Of a stretch of DNA of 64,000 nucleotides, positions 25,859-35,600 are shown piece by piece (within the stretch, counting starts at the first letter, position 1; each line of letters starts with the position of its first letter). Origin of the DNA: Kiritimatiellia bacterium (GTDB taxonomy: Bacteria > Verrucomicrobiota > Kiritimatiellia > RZYC01). The notes below the pieces were generated by a model, which worked only from the letters and a program-made list of their open reading frames with translations, did not search any database and had not been told where the DNA came from. The position numbers and the translations under genes are program-made. The stretch is taken from NCBI GenBank assembly GCA_028708815.1, contig JAQVYB010000002.1:1495-65494 (forward strand), written 5' to 3'.

Positions 25859-27583
25859 TTAGGGGAACGGGGCGCCGCAGGCCACCCAGAATGCGAGACG
25901 TGCCTCGAGGTGGGCCTGTTCCAGAGCACGGGTCTCGAGGGCGATGTCACTGATCTGTTGAAGCATCTGCAGATATTCATCCGGGCGGAGCAGGTTGCTG
26001 TTGCGCAGAATTTGGATGCGTTTGGCCAACTCGCGAACGGAGGGCAGCATGGTTCTTTTGAACTGAACGAGATCGTTGCGCGATTTTCGGAGGATAAGCA
26101 ACTGGGTGCGGATGTCCCGTCGGGCGGCCTGACGGGTGCTCTGTAAGTCGGCCAGCGCGGCGCGGGCCCGGTCACGACTCTTGGCGGACTGCCCGGAGAA
26201 CCATTGAAAGAGCGGAATTTCAATGGCGGCCTGTACGCTCCATTCGTCGGACGAACGGGAGGCTGTCTCGGCACCGGTTTCCTGCTGACGGATGTGGGTT
26301 TGCCCGTCGGACGAGCGTACGGAGGTGCGGCGGTCTCCATCCGCGAAGTCTGTGTAGGTGGTGGAGCCCTGGCGTTCCCGTTGCAGGGCGGATGATTCGG
26401 AGTTGTACCCGCCGGATTCGTCGCGATTTCCGTGATCGTAGGCGACGTCAATATTTCGGAACCAGGGGATGTTGTCGGCTCGTGCAGCCTGATAATCAGC
26501 CAGGAGTTCACAGGTCTGCCAATAGGCCAGGGCTATTTCCGGGCGGCGCGTATGGGCGCCGCGCAGAAGGGGCGCCAGTTCTTCCCTGTTGATGGCGGAT
26601 GCAGGAAGCCAATCCCAGGTTTCTTTGAGTTTTTCCGGTGGCACGGGTTCGCCGGTCAGACGGGCCAAATCGGAGAGGAGCCCGGCCAGCTCACGTTGGG
26701 TTTTGGCAAGCCGGCTTTGGATTTCGAGCGTACGCCGGAGGGTGTCGGCATGATCCTTGACGGGTCTTTTTTCAGCGAGCGCGAGTTGTTTTCGGGCGGC
26801 CGATTCCAGTTGGTGAAGCAGCTGAAGCCGCACCTGAGTCGCCAGGATGCGGGCGGTGCAAATGGCCGTATCCTTCGTTACGGCAAGCTGCTCCTGTCGT
26901 AGGCATGCCTCGGCGGCATGGAGTCTGGCTTCGGTTCTGGAAACTTCGGCGGCGTACCCCCAGGGATTCGGCGGATAAAGGCGCAGTCCGACGCTCCAGC
27001 TCTCGTCGTCGAGGTCGGCCCAACTGTAGCGGCTTCCGGAGGTTTCGCGGGTTGATGAGGAGCTGGAGGTTTCGTTGGCTGTTGAGCGAGGCCCGGTTCG
27101 CAGCGGAACAATATCGCGGGTATATCCGCTTTCTGTTTCGTAGGAATCGGCCTGCCGGAGTCCGCTTTCCGTTCGCGATGCGGAGGCGTCGGCATTGCCC
27201 TGAGCGGCACCCAATCGGATTTCGGGCGAACGGAGTATGCGGGCACGTCCGGCGCTGCTGTCTAGCCGGCGTATATCGTGAAGGCGGGTTCGTATGCCTG
27301 CGTTGTGTGAGAGGGCGGCGTTAATCAGGGCCAGCGGCGTATCCGGAAAATCACCGGCAGGTTTCGTCGTCTCGGCAAGAAATTCGCTGATCGAGCCCTC
27401 GTCCTCGAAGAGGGCCGTTTCAGGGGGAGTGGGCGGAGAAAAAACCGCGCAGCCGACTGACAGAGTCAGGTAAAGAAGGGCAAGGAGGGCCGGCGTGGCG
27501 GCTGAAGCCCCGCGCCGTTGAGCCGGGTTGCGCTGCGCTGCGCTCCTTCTCGGGGGGGGCTGGATTATTTTCGGGTGAACCAT
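25859..27583 (-). CDS. TolC/NodT-family outer-membrane channel lipoprotein
   Basis: Lipobox LTLSVGC. OEP-type helical repeats (LALINAALSHNAGIRT..., ALEQAHLEARLAFWVA). Overlaps the HlyD gene end by 19 nt. Confidence 0.65.
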   Translation of the reverse strand: MVHPKIIQPPPRRSAAQRNPAQRRGASAATPALLALLYLTLSVGCAVFSPPTPPETALFEDEGSISEFLAETTKPAGDFPDTPLALINAALSHNAGIRTRLHDIRRLDSSAGRARILRSPEIRLGAAQGNADASASRTESGLRQADSYETESGYTRDIVPLRTGPRSTANETSSSSSTRETSGSRYSWADLDDESWSVGLRLYPPNPWGYAAEVSRTEARLHAAEACLRQEQLAVTKDTAICTARILATQVRLQLLHQLESAARKQLALAEKRPVKDHADTLRRTLEIQSRLAKTQRELAGLLSDLARLTGEPVPPEKLKETWDWLPASAINREELAPLLRGAHTRRPEIALAYWQTCELLADYQAARADNIPWFRNIDVAYDHGNRDESGGYNSESSALQRERQGSTTYTDFADGDRRTSVRSSDGQTHIRQQETGAETASRSSDEWSVQAAIEIPLFQWFSGQSAKSRDRARAALADLQSTRQAARRDIRTQLLILRKSRNDLVQFKRTMLPSVRELAKRIQILRNSNLLRPDEYLQMLQQISDIALETRALEQAHLEARLAFWVACGAPFP

Positions 27584-28740
27584 GATTTAACAACGGATAA
27601 GGGGGAGTTTGGACGAACAGGTGTTGGGCTGACCTCTACCGCCTCGCCGGCCAGCAACCGGGCTTCGCCCGGATTTTGCAGACGCAGCGTGGCACGCCGG
27701 GTGCGCACGGGTACAATACGGCCTCCGATGTTGACCTGCGCGGACTCCATACGGATTTCCTCCGAGAGCGTTTCCACCACGGCTTTCAGGCCGACGCGCC
27801 CCCGTTCGGGTACGTGTACCGCACTGACCCACACCCTGTCGCCCGGAGTAAAATACATGGCGCGTTGCTCGGGAATCAGCGCGGTGACCGTCTCAATGGA
27901 AGGGGGAACCATGCGCATAATGATGTGCTCCGGCCAAACGACCTCGCCGGTGCGCCCGCTGATTTCAGAGACCTGTCCATCGCACGGGGCCCGCAGAATA
28001 TAGGTGTCGCGATAGCGTTCGGCGTCCTGTTGAATCTGTGAAAGCACCGGCTGTACAATCGCATGCCCCTCCATCTTCTCCAATGTATCGAGCTCCCCTT
28101 TCAGCACATCCGTGCGCTCCGTGGCTTCGCGATATTGACGTTCCAGAATCTGGACGACATTGCTGTGCTCTACGATCGTTTGTTCGAGCTCCGCCATGCG
28201 GGGCGTCAGCCGATTCAAATCCATAAAACTGATCAATCCGCTTTCATAGTCGCGTTGCAGTACGGGACGATCAGCGTGAATGCGTTCGAGCTCACCTTTC
28301 GCGCCGACCAGTTCGAGGCGTGCTTCGGCCAGGCGGGCCTCGACGTCCGCCGCCGCGTTGTCCTGACGAAGCAGCGCGGTGTTCAGTGTCAGTCGGCTGT
28401 CGGTGAATCCCTGTGCATCCCGATACGCATCCAGCATGCTGCCGGCGATGTCCAAATCGATGGCCGCCGTATCCAGCGCAATCAGGGCCTGGTTGTTGGT
28501 AACCTGCTCCCCGCTGTGTACATAAATCTGTTTAATGCGGGCGGTAGCCTCCGGGGTAATCAGGATGGGTTCGCCTCCGACCAGCCCATGAATACGAATG
28601 GAAGAATCCCAGTTGCCCTCATGCCGAATCAGGACAACAGCAATCACGACGGTCAGCAGCCAGACCAAGAGCGGCCAGGAATAGCGCAGGCGCAAAGAAA
28701 AAGGAAGCCTTTGAAGAAAGTAGCCACGTCGAGTCTTCAT
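27565..28740 (-). CDS. HlyD-family periplasmic adaptor (membrane fusion protein)
   Basis: N-terminal TM, a lipoyl-like segment (IKQIYVHSGEQVTNNQALIALD), a long coiled coil and a beta-barrel C-terminus. ATG 28740 has a GGAGGA SD. The tracked 28764 is a GTG. Confidence 0.8.
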   Translation of the reverse strand: MKTRRGYFLQRLPFSLRLRYSWPLLVWLLTVVIAVVLIRHEGNWDSSIRIHGLVGGEPILITPEATARIKQIYVHSGEQVTNNQALIALDTAAIDLDIAGSMLDAYRDAQGFTDSRLTLNTALLRQDNAAADVEARLAEARLELVGAKGELERIHADRPVLQRDYESGLISFMDLNRLTPRMAELEQTIVEHSNVVQILERQYREATERTDVLKGELDTLEKMEGHAIVQPVLSQIQQDAERYRDTYILRAPCDGQVSEISGRTGEVVWPEHIIMRMVPPSIETVTALIPEQRAMYFTPGDRVWVSAVHVPERGRVGLKAVVETLSEEIRMESAQVNIGGRIVPVRTRRATLRLQNPGEARLLAGEAVEVSPTPVRPNSPLSVVKSWFTRK

Positions 28741-28941
28741 GCCAATCGTTCCTCCAGCCTGCACGCAGCGCTAGGACCTCGTTTTGGCGAGAGCGGTATG
28801 ATTCCTTTTTGAGTTGTCATGGAGGTTTGTTTTCTCATCGGTGAAAGCGGTTCCTTTGCGACGCACCATCCTGTTTCCACATCCACATATCGTTCTGCCC
28901 GGTTGGCTGAAAAGACGGGCACAGAGTACTTGCAGCGGGCC

Positions 28942-31900
28942 TCATGGGTCAACCCAAACATTCATCCAACTGGAATCGTTCCCCTCGCCGGGGATCTCCA
29001 CGGAGATACGAAACGCCGGAGCGAGGCGATCCAATGGGAGCGGTACGTTCGTCCAGGCGTCTGAGCCGGCCAGCCCATCCATCCAGGAGGTCCAGGAGGA
29101 AACGCCCAGCTGTTCGTTGATCTCAATCGAATACAGGCGCCCTGCTTTGCCAAAGAAACGCAGAGTCGGAGGTGCTCCCTGCGCAAGTGCCGTCATTAGA
29201 TAGGCCGCCGGATTGGTGGGCGAGGTAAGCGAAATATATTCCTCCAAATTGTTGAATGAATCCTCATCCTCATCCACCTGGGGCTGTCCCCAGGTTCCAC
29301 CGAGTTCGTCTCTTTCCCAAGCGTCGGGCAGGTCATCGGCATCCAAGTCGTTTGTATCGGCGGACGGGAACCAGGCGCGAACGGACGCAAACTGCTGCGT
29401 TTGTTCGCCCCAGGTATTTCCGGAGGCATAGGTGGACGAGGAGGCGTCATCCCAGCAAATCCAGGAGACGTAATCGTTCGAGGCTTCGCGCCGGGCCGCT
29501 TCATCGGATGAAAGACTCATCGTGGGCGTCATGGATTCTCCGAAGGGGCCGAATACCACGTTGCTCTGCGCATCGAGCAACCGCACAATCCAATTTTCAT
29601 GTCCCACGGCATAATAACCTGGTTCGGCGTCTGGCACATTCGAGCGGGTGGATACCAGCGGCACGCTTTCCCCGGCTTCTTCCACGCTGCAGATATTGAT
29701 TTGCCAGCACTCATTGATGGGATCAAAGCGCAGATTGCTCCCATTCGTCGCGACGGATTCTTCGCAGAATGTCATCAGCGTACCCTTGCGTAAATCGGCC
29801 AGGTACATATTTTGGCTGAGCAGAAGCTCGCCCTGCTTGATCCGGCCATCCGGATACCAGATTACCGAGCCATCGGTGATTGTGGTGCCTTCCAGCTCCG
29901 CCCATTGCAGGTGCCATCCCCGCACGTCGAGATGATCGGTCAGCACCATCCATTCCATCCAGTTTCCTCCATTGCCGGCGCGCCTTCCGAACCAGGTGTC
30001 GGTTCCGCCATCCTTTAGCCACTCGCCGCCCGCGACCACGTTATACTCATTAAGCACCATGGCCGCTTTCTCCACACCCGCCCGCAGGGTCTGCCAATCC
30101 TGGTCGGGAGCATCCTCCTGCTCATTGGGCAAGCCGAAGGAGCTGTCGTCGGCATCGGCATACAAATAAGAACTGACATCGGATGGATCGCCCGCATAGC
30201 GAATCACTTCATTCGCCGACACGGATTTTTCCATGTAGGCCTCGCCCACCGGGCCAAATCGCAGGCGCCCATCGGCATCCAGAATATTGGCGCACCAGTT
30301 CGCCGAATCCATTCGAAAGCGTCCCGGCAGGTTTGTGGTGTACTGAAGGCGCGCCGCTACCAGCGGATTTGCCTGCGTTGCCTCATGCAGTGTGCTGATG
30401 TGAATCCAGTCGTTCCCCATGCACGGGGCATACGAAGCGTCACTTCCGGCAAAGACCACGTCGCCGCCATCATTGGTTAGGCAGGCATTCTGCGCGATGG
30501 TGATCGCGGTGCCTCGGCGCAGATCGCTCCAAAGCGAGTCCTCTGAAAAAATCAGCGTGCCCGAGGCATTGGTCACGGCGCCCGCATCATTCGTCACCAC
30601 CCCCGCATCCTGCCACTCCATTGTCCAGCCCCGTATATCGAGGTGATCCGCCAAAACGAGCCATTCCATCCACGGCCCGCCATTCCCCGGAATGCGACCG
30701 AAAAGATCATCGTGATCGTTGTTGTCTGCAAAGGCGCCTCCTCCAAGAAACTGATCCTCCGCCACAAAGTTGGCCTCGTTGATCATCATCTCCTGCGCAT
30801 TGGTGAACACCTGCCAGACCCGCATCCACGTGGCCTCCTGCGCGACGCCATTGTCCGTATTCAATTCGCTGAAACTCGAGTACTTCCTGTCGTCATAATC
30901 CACGGCCGTGGTCATGCGCGTCGAGAAATCCGCATCCAATGCCAGCACCTCTTCCGAGCTGACCGAACAGTCGCACCCGTTGACGCCCTCGCCCGCCAGA
31001 GGCGCCACCAGGATGCCCTCCGCATTGACAATCCTCGCCCGCCAATTGTCGCTTCCGACGGAAAACGAGCCGGGGGAGTCGTCGTCGTTGCTGTCGGTGG
31101 TCATATACCGCCCGTCTCGTCCCGCTTCCTCGACCGTACAAAGATTGATCCACCAATCCCCCGTCGAGGGATTGATGTTCAAATCCGAAAACGACACCAC
31201 CCCGGAAACACTCGTGTGTTGCTGTTCAATGAGAGTGAGAATCGAGCCTGCGCGCAGGTTTGCCAAATCCGCGTGATCCGAAAAAACCAGTTCGCCCTGT
31301 GCGCAAACGGCGTCCCCAACCCAGATGTCACGCGGAACATCCGCCGCCTTTCCGGCGAGCGCCCACTGAATGCGCCAACCGCGCACATCCAGATGATCCT
31401 GCAGCACCACCAGTTCCATCCAGTTGCCGCCGTTTCCATCCACCGCACCGAACCAGGGATCCGGCGTTTCAATCTGTTTTTCCGAGTCCACCGCATTCGC
31501 CTCATTCAAGACCAGCGCCCCGCATGTGGTCATCACATGAAGCGCCACCTCCACGGTGGTGGTACCGTTTGAATTCACTGCATCAAACCATACGGTGTGC
31601 GTGCCCGAGGTGCCCGACGTCCACTGGAAAGACGACGTAACAGAACCCGAGCCAACGCCGCCAGGGAAAACCGCGCCCGCAGGAAGCCCGCGTGCCGACA
31701 ACTCAAGCGAGCCGCCGGCGTTGTTCGAGGCCGTTACCACAAACGCCGCCGAGTCGCCCGGACGCAGATAATACTCGTTCTTGGCCGGATTCAGCGCAAT
31801 CGCCGGGCGGGGCGGTCCCCAGGCGATCCCCTGCACCAGCACGTTGTCAAATCCGCACGAGCCTTTCGTCCCGCCAACCAGCTCGTCTATGCGCAGAAAA

Positions 31901-32418
31901 ACCGATGAAACATCCTGCAACGCAGTCACCCCGGATAGATCATACATATACTCTTGGAAACCGTTCGTTTGAAAAAGCACCCCGGAGACCAAGGCCACAT
32001 ACTCTTCACTGCCGACCCGATAAGAAACCCGGAACGACTGGGGTCCCTGGTTCATGCCGGAATCATCCGTATACGCGTCAAACCGCAGCGAAGTGAGTTT
32101 GTAGCCGGAGGCATCCAGATTGATCACCCATTCACCGGCCTCATCCCAGGCCTCATCCCAGGCCGCACACTGGCCCGCCGAATGGCTCATTCCGTCCGGA
32201 TCGGTATAACTCGTGCCATTCTTGCCGTTCGGATCGATTTTGCTGTTCCCCAGGGCCGTCAGGGTGAAGGTCGCCTCGCCTTCCGTCCGGTTGATGTCCG
32301 GTTCTTGAGTGTAAAGAGTTCCTGAGGGCCCGAAACTCCAATACGCCAGCATCTCGGCATGCGTCCCCGTAAGTACGGTCAGACACAAGCTGAGGGATAA
32401 AACTAATTTAGTCATCAT
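28942..32418 (-). CDS. secreted protein with three lamin-tail-domain-like repeats
   Basis: Signal peptide MMTKLVLSLSLCLTVLTGTHA from ATG 32418. The block NE.N......GNGG.WME..VL.DHLD(V/I)RGW..(Q/E)W recurs three times. An acidic DTNDLDADDLPDAWE stretch lies near the C-terminus. Confidence 0.6.
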   Translation of the reverse strand: MMTKLVLSLSLCLTVLTGTHAEMLAYWSFGPSGTLYTQEPDINRTEGEATFTLTALGNSKIDPNGKNGTSYTDPDGMSHSAGQCAAWDEAWDEAGEWVINLDASGYKLTSLRFDAYTDDSGMNQGPQSFRVSYRVGSEEYVALVSGVLFQTNGFQEYMYDLSGVTALQDVSSVFLRIDELVGGTKGSCGFDNVLVQGIAWGPPRPAIALNPAKNEYYLRPGDSAAFVVTASNNAGGSLELSARGLPAGAVFPGGVGSGSVTSSFQWTSGTSGTHTVWFDAVNSNGTTTVEVALHVMTTCGALVLNEANAVDSEKQIETPDPWFGAVDGNGGNWMELVVLQDHLDVRGWRIQWALAGKAADVPRDIWVGDAVCAQGELVFSDHADLANLRAGSILTLIEQQHTSVSGVVSFSDLNINPSTGDWWINLCTVEEAGRDGRYMTTDSNDDDSPGSFSVGSDNWRARIVNAEGILVAPLAGEGVNGCDCSVSSEEVLALDADFSTRMTTAVDYDDRKYSSFSELNTDNGVAQEATWMRVWQVFTNAQEMMINEANFVAEDQFLGGGAFADNNDHDDLFGRIPGNGGPWMEWLVLADHLDIRGWTMEWQDAGVVTNDAGAVTNASGTLIFSEDSLWSDLRRGTAITIAQNACLTNDGGDVVFAGSDASYAPCMGNDWIHISTLHEATQANPLVAARLQYTTNLPGRFRMDSANWCANILDADGRLRFGPVGEAYMEKSVSANEVIRYAGDPSDVSSYLYADADDSSFGLPNEQEDAPDQDWQTLRAGVEKAAMVLNEYNVVAGGEWLKDGGTDTWFGRRAGNGGNWMEWMVLTDHLDVRGWHLQWAELEGTTITDGSVIWYPDGRIKQGELLLSQNMYLADLRKGTLMTFCEESVATNGSNLRFDPINECWQINICSVEEAGESVPLVSTRSNVPDAEPGYYAVGHENWIVRLLDAQSNVVFGPFGESMTPTMSLSSDEAARREASNDYVSWICWDDASSSTYASGNTWGEQTQQFASVRAWFPSADTNDLDADDLPDAWERDELGGTWGQPQVDEDEDSFNNLEEYISLTSPTNPAAYLMTALAQGAPPTLRFFGKAGRLYSIEINEQLGVSSWTSWMDGLAGSDAWTNVPLPLDRLAPAFRISVEIPGEGNDSSWMNVWVDP
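29530..31520 (-). repeat. three tandem ~220-250-aa coding repeats (LTD-like modules)
   Basis: The GNGGNWMELVV, GNGGPWMEWLV and GNGGNWMEWMV cores lie near 31400-31460, 30657-30705 and 29945-29995. Confidence 0.7.
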
Positions 32419-32605
32419 GCTGCGAAACCTACCCGCCTGGACCGATGATGAACAGCATAAAAAGGAGCGATCTGGGGGGAGGGGAGGATATTGAGGGTCA
32501 TGTTTCTTTGCTATCCGGGGATACTCCAAATCAGGGCCATGGTCGGGAACGAAAAAGACGGCAAGATGCTGCATCTGATTGAAGGTGTCGCACGAGCTCC
32601 AGAAC

Positions 32606-32634
32606 GAAACGGCAACCGGGATGGTTGCCGTTTC
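32606..32634 (-). terminator. perfect 12-bp hairpin downstream of the giant gene (possible terminator)
   Basis: GAAACGGCAACC-gggat-GGTTGCCGTTTC, 26 nt after stop 32660. On the minus strand the 3' flank is only moderately U-rich (UUCGUUCU). Confidence 0.45.
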
Positions 32635-32659
32635 TTGGTCTTTTGCTGCTGCTGTTTTA

Positions 32660-35600
32660 TCAATCAGCCGTATTGGACCAGCGGATCTGATCGACGATAT
32701 ATTCGGCGGCATCGTAGGACGTAATCATGAACATCCCCTTGATTCTCGAAAAATCAACTGCCGGGAAGTTGGTCATCGGGATGGAATAATGAGTCCAGTA
32801 AATACTGGTTGGTCCGACATTTGCCGTACCCTTATGGCCATCCATATCTTCAATTTCAACTTTCATGGTATCCAGCGCAAACAGCGAGAATTTTAAATAT
32901 CCGTTGGTATAGGCACTCAAGTCAACCCCGCCGGTATCGAAGATTCCCCAGCCAATGTAGGAAAGGAAGTTCAGCGTGTAGAAGGTTTCAACCCCTTCTG
33001 CGGCCGGCCAAATTGTAAATTCACTGTCCCATGTGCCACCCCCGCCGGACCAGGTGAACAGATCGCTGTCGGCCGGGATGCCTGCGTCGGAATAGACCAC
33101 GAAATCACCATCAACGATCGAAGTCACCTCAATGGTTGTTTCCGGTGCGATCGGCGCGCCCATTTCCACAGGCTGGAAGCAGAAGGTGTCATCCAGGCCG
33201 ATTCGCTGAAGCATCGGATTGGTGGCCGTCGTTGGGTAGAAGTAGGCCAGCCAATTGTAATTTTTACCGGCCGCGGCACCTGCATCAATCGTCAACTCAA
33301 ACTCCGCCGTGCCGGTGGCATTGGTAATATCAAATGTACCGCGTGCCGCATTAGTCCCGAGATACGGGTCTTCCAGCGACAGCTTCAATTTGCCCGCCGA
33401 TCCCGTTCCCAGGCCCTCCCATTCCACCGGCACCGTGACGGTTTCACCACGGGCCATGCGGGTCGGGAAGTTGGATGATTCAACCATCAGCCGCGGGGAA
33501 AAGTAGATATTCACGTCCTGGCGGGCATACACCCCATCCTTTCCTTTGAAATGGATGAACCACTCATACTGGCAGCCCTCGTTTGCTCCGCCATGTTCAA
33601 TCATGTTCGGATCATAGTCCGGAACCGTCGGCCAAGTCCCCGTCGGAACATCATTCGTCGGGAAACTGACCCCGTTGACGGTTGACCAAACCACCGCATA
33701 TTCCTCATCCACAACTCTGATATTATCCCACGCCGCATAACCGGTCATTGTCGGTGCAATCAGCCCGATGGTGTTCGAGTTGAAGTTGGTCACCTCAATA
33801 TCTTCCGTTACGAAAACCAACTCATTTCCAACACGGACATCACTGCGCATATACGGATTTCCGTCACGAAGGTTCACCACGACGTGATACCAGACCCCCG
33901 TGGTCAACGGGTTGTTCGTGTAATTAGGATCGTCATCCACCCAGCCGCAGCGCGTCGGATTCAGATCCAGTTTCACGCCGCGATAGATGATACCGCCCGA
34001 AGCGGCACCATTTTCAAACAGCACGTCATATTCAAACGTGATATTCGTGTTATTCAACGCCAACCCATTACGCGTGATATACGACTCACCGCCGGCGCCG
34101 CTCACCGACGCACGAAGCGCACCATCTGTCACACTCCAACTGATGTTGGCATTGGGTGACACGGTCCACCCGGTATAATTGCCGTCATCAAAATGGTCCT
34201 GAATATCAATGACGCCTTTGTCCTTCAACCCATACGCCAACACCAATTCCTGTGTTCGTGTATTGTAGGCGATCCATTTATCCCAGTCACGTCCGGCATA
34301 GGCCACATCGGTAATTCCAAGGACCTGAAGGCCGACCCCGCTTAAACTTGTGTATAACGGGGCACCTGCTTCATCTTCTGAAGTATAGAACCCGCCATGA
34401 TCCCGCCACGGATCGGTCGAATCCCACGGATGTACATACATCACCCAATACAGATTATCTCCGGTCATAATGTTGTTTTCCGGTATATCGACCATCAGCG
34501 TGTTTGTTCCCGACCCTGTCAACAGCCACCCGGTTGTTTTCAGGATGACAAAATCAAATGCATTGGTTGATTGCGTGTCATACTTCAGCTCCAGTGTAAC
34601 CTGATACGCCTCGCCTCGCGCCCATTCAAAGGCCCGCTGTGCCGGCATGCTGAACGTATTGGTTAACTGCCCGCCGGATGCCGCATCGAAATTGAACACA
34701 ATCACTTTCGACGGTGAATCCGGATGATCAGCGCGCTGATTCAGGATTAATCCCGGCACGGCGACCGTTCCGTTGTCCAGTGTCAGCACATCGACAGCTG
34801 ATGAAAGAAGTGAATTATAGGCAAAGGCATTTCCGCTGATCGATATCGTATCGCCAGTGTCATAATCCAGCGTTGCATAATGCCCGTCATCACCAACCGT
34901 CGCAGAGGTCAGATTGCTGACGACCGTCACCGAGGCCGCAACCCCCAGCAGTTCTTCGATCCGGCCCATATCGCTTACACCCAGTTCATTCTCACAGGCC
35001 ACTCCGCCATCAAGAACAATCAGACTGTTCAGGCCTGAATCAATCCAGGTCACCACATTGGACACTTCCACATCGCTCATGACATATGTTCCCGGCAGCA
35101 TCAGGGTCGGGAAGAAACCAACCAGATAGCCGTAATCCAGATTCAGGGGAGAGGCTTCGGTGACCGTCGTATCAATGCCGCCGTAATAGCTGTATTCATC
35201 GTCATCAATGAAGTAATACCCCTTACGCGGTTCCCAGATGCCCAGCTGTGTTGCTTTGGTGCCAACGCCGATTTTCCCGGCGCTGAATGTTGTGTCGACA
35301 AAGGTATTTACATATGCGCCATTGAAATAGACATCAAACACCCCGCCGGTGGCATCCACGCGCAGGTTATACGTTACGTCTTCAACCGGACTGTTCGTTT
35401 TCTGGAAATCAAACAGCCAGCTCGTTTCGGCATTGTCTGCATCAATGCGAACCGTACGTTTCAACCGCCAGAATCCGAAGAAGTTTTCGATGCCGACCTT
35501 AACGAAATTATTGCGGTCCACATAACGAAGATAAACTTCTGCATCATTCAGGTAGTGCCCCTGCTCATTGTATGTGATATCCACGCGCACCGAATAATTG

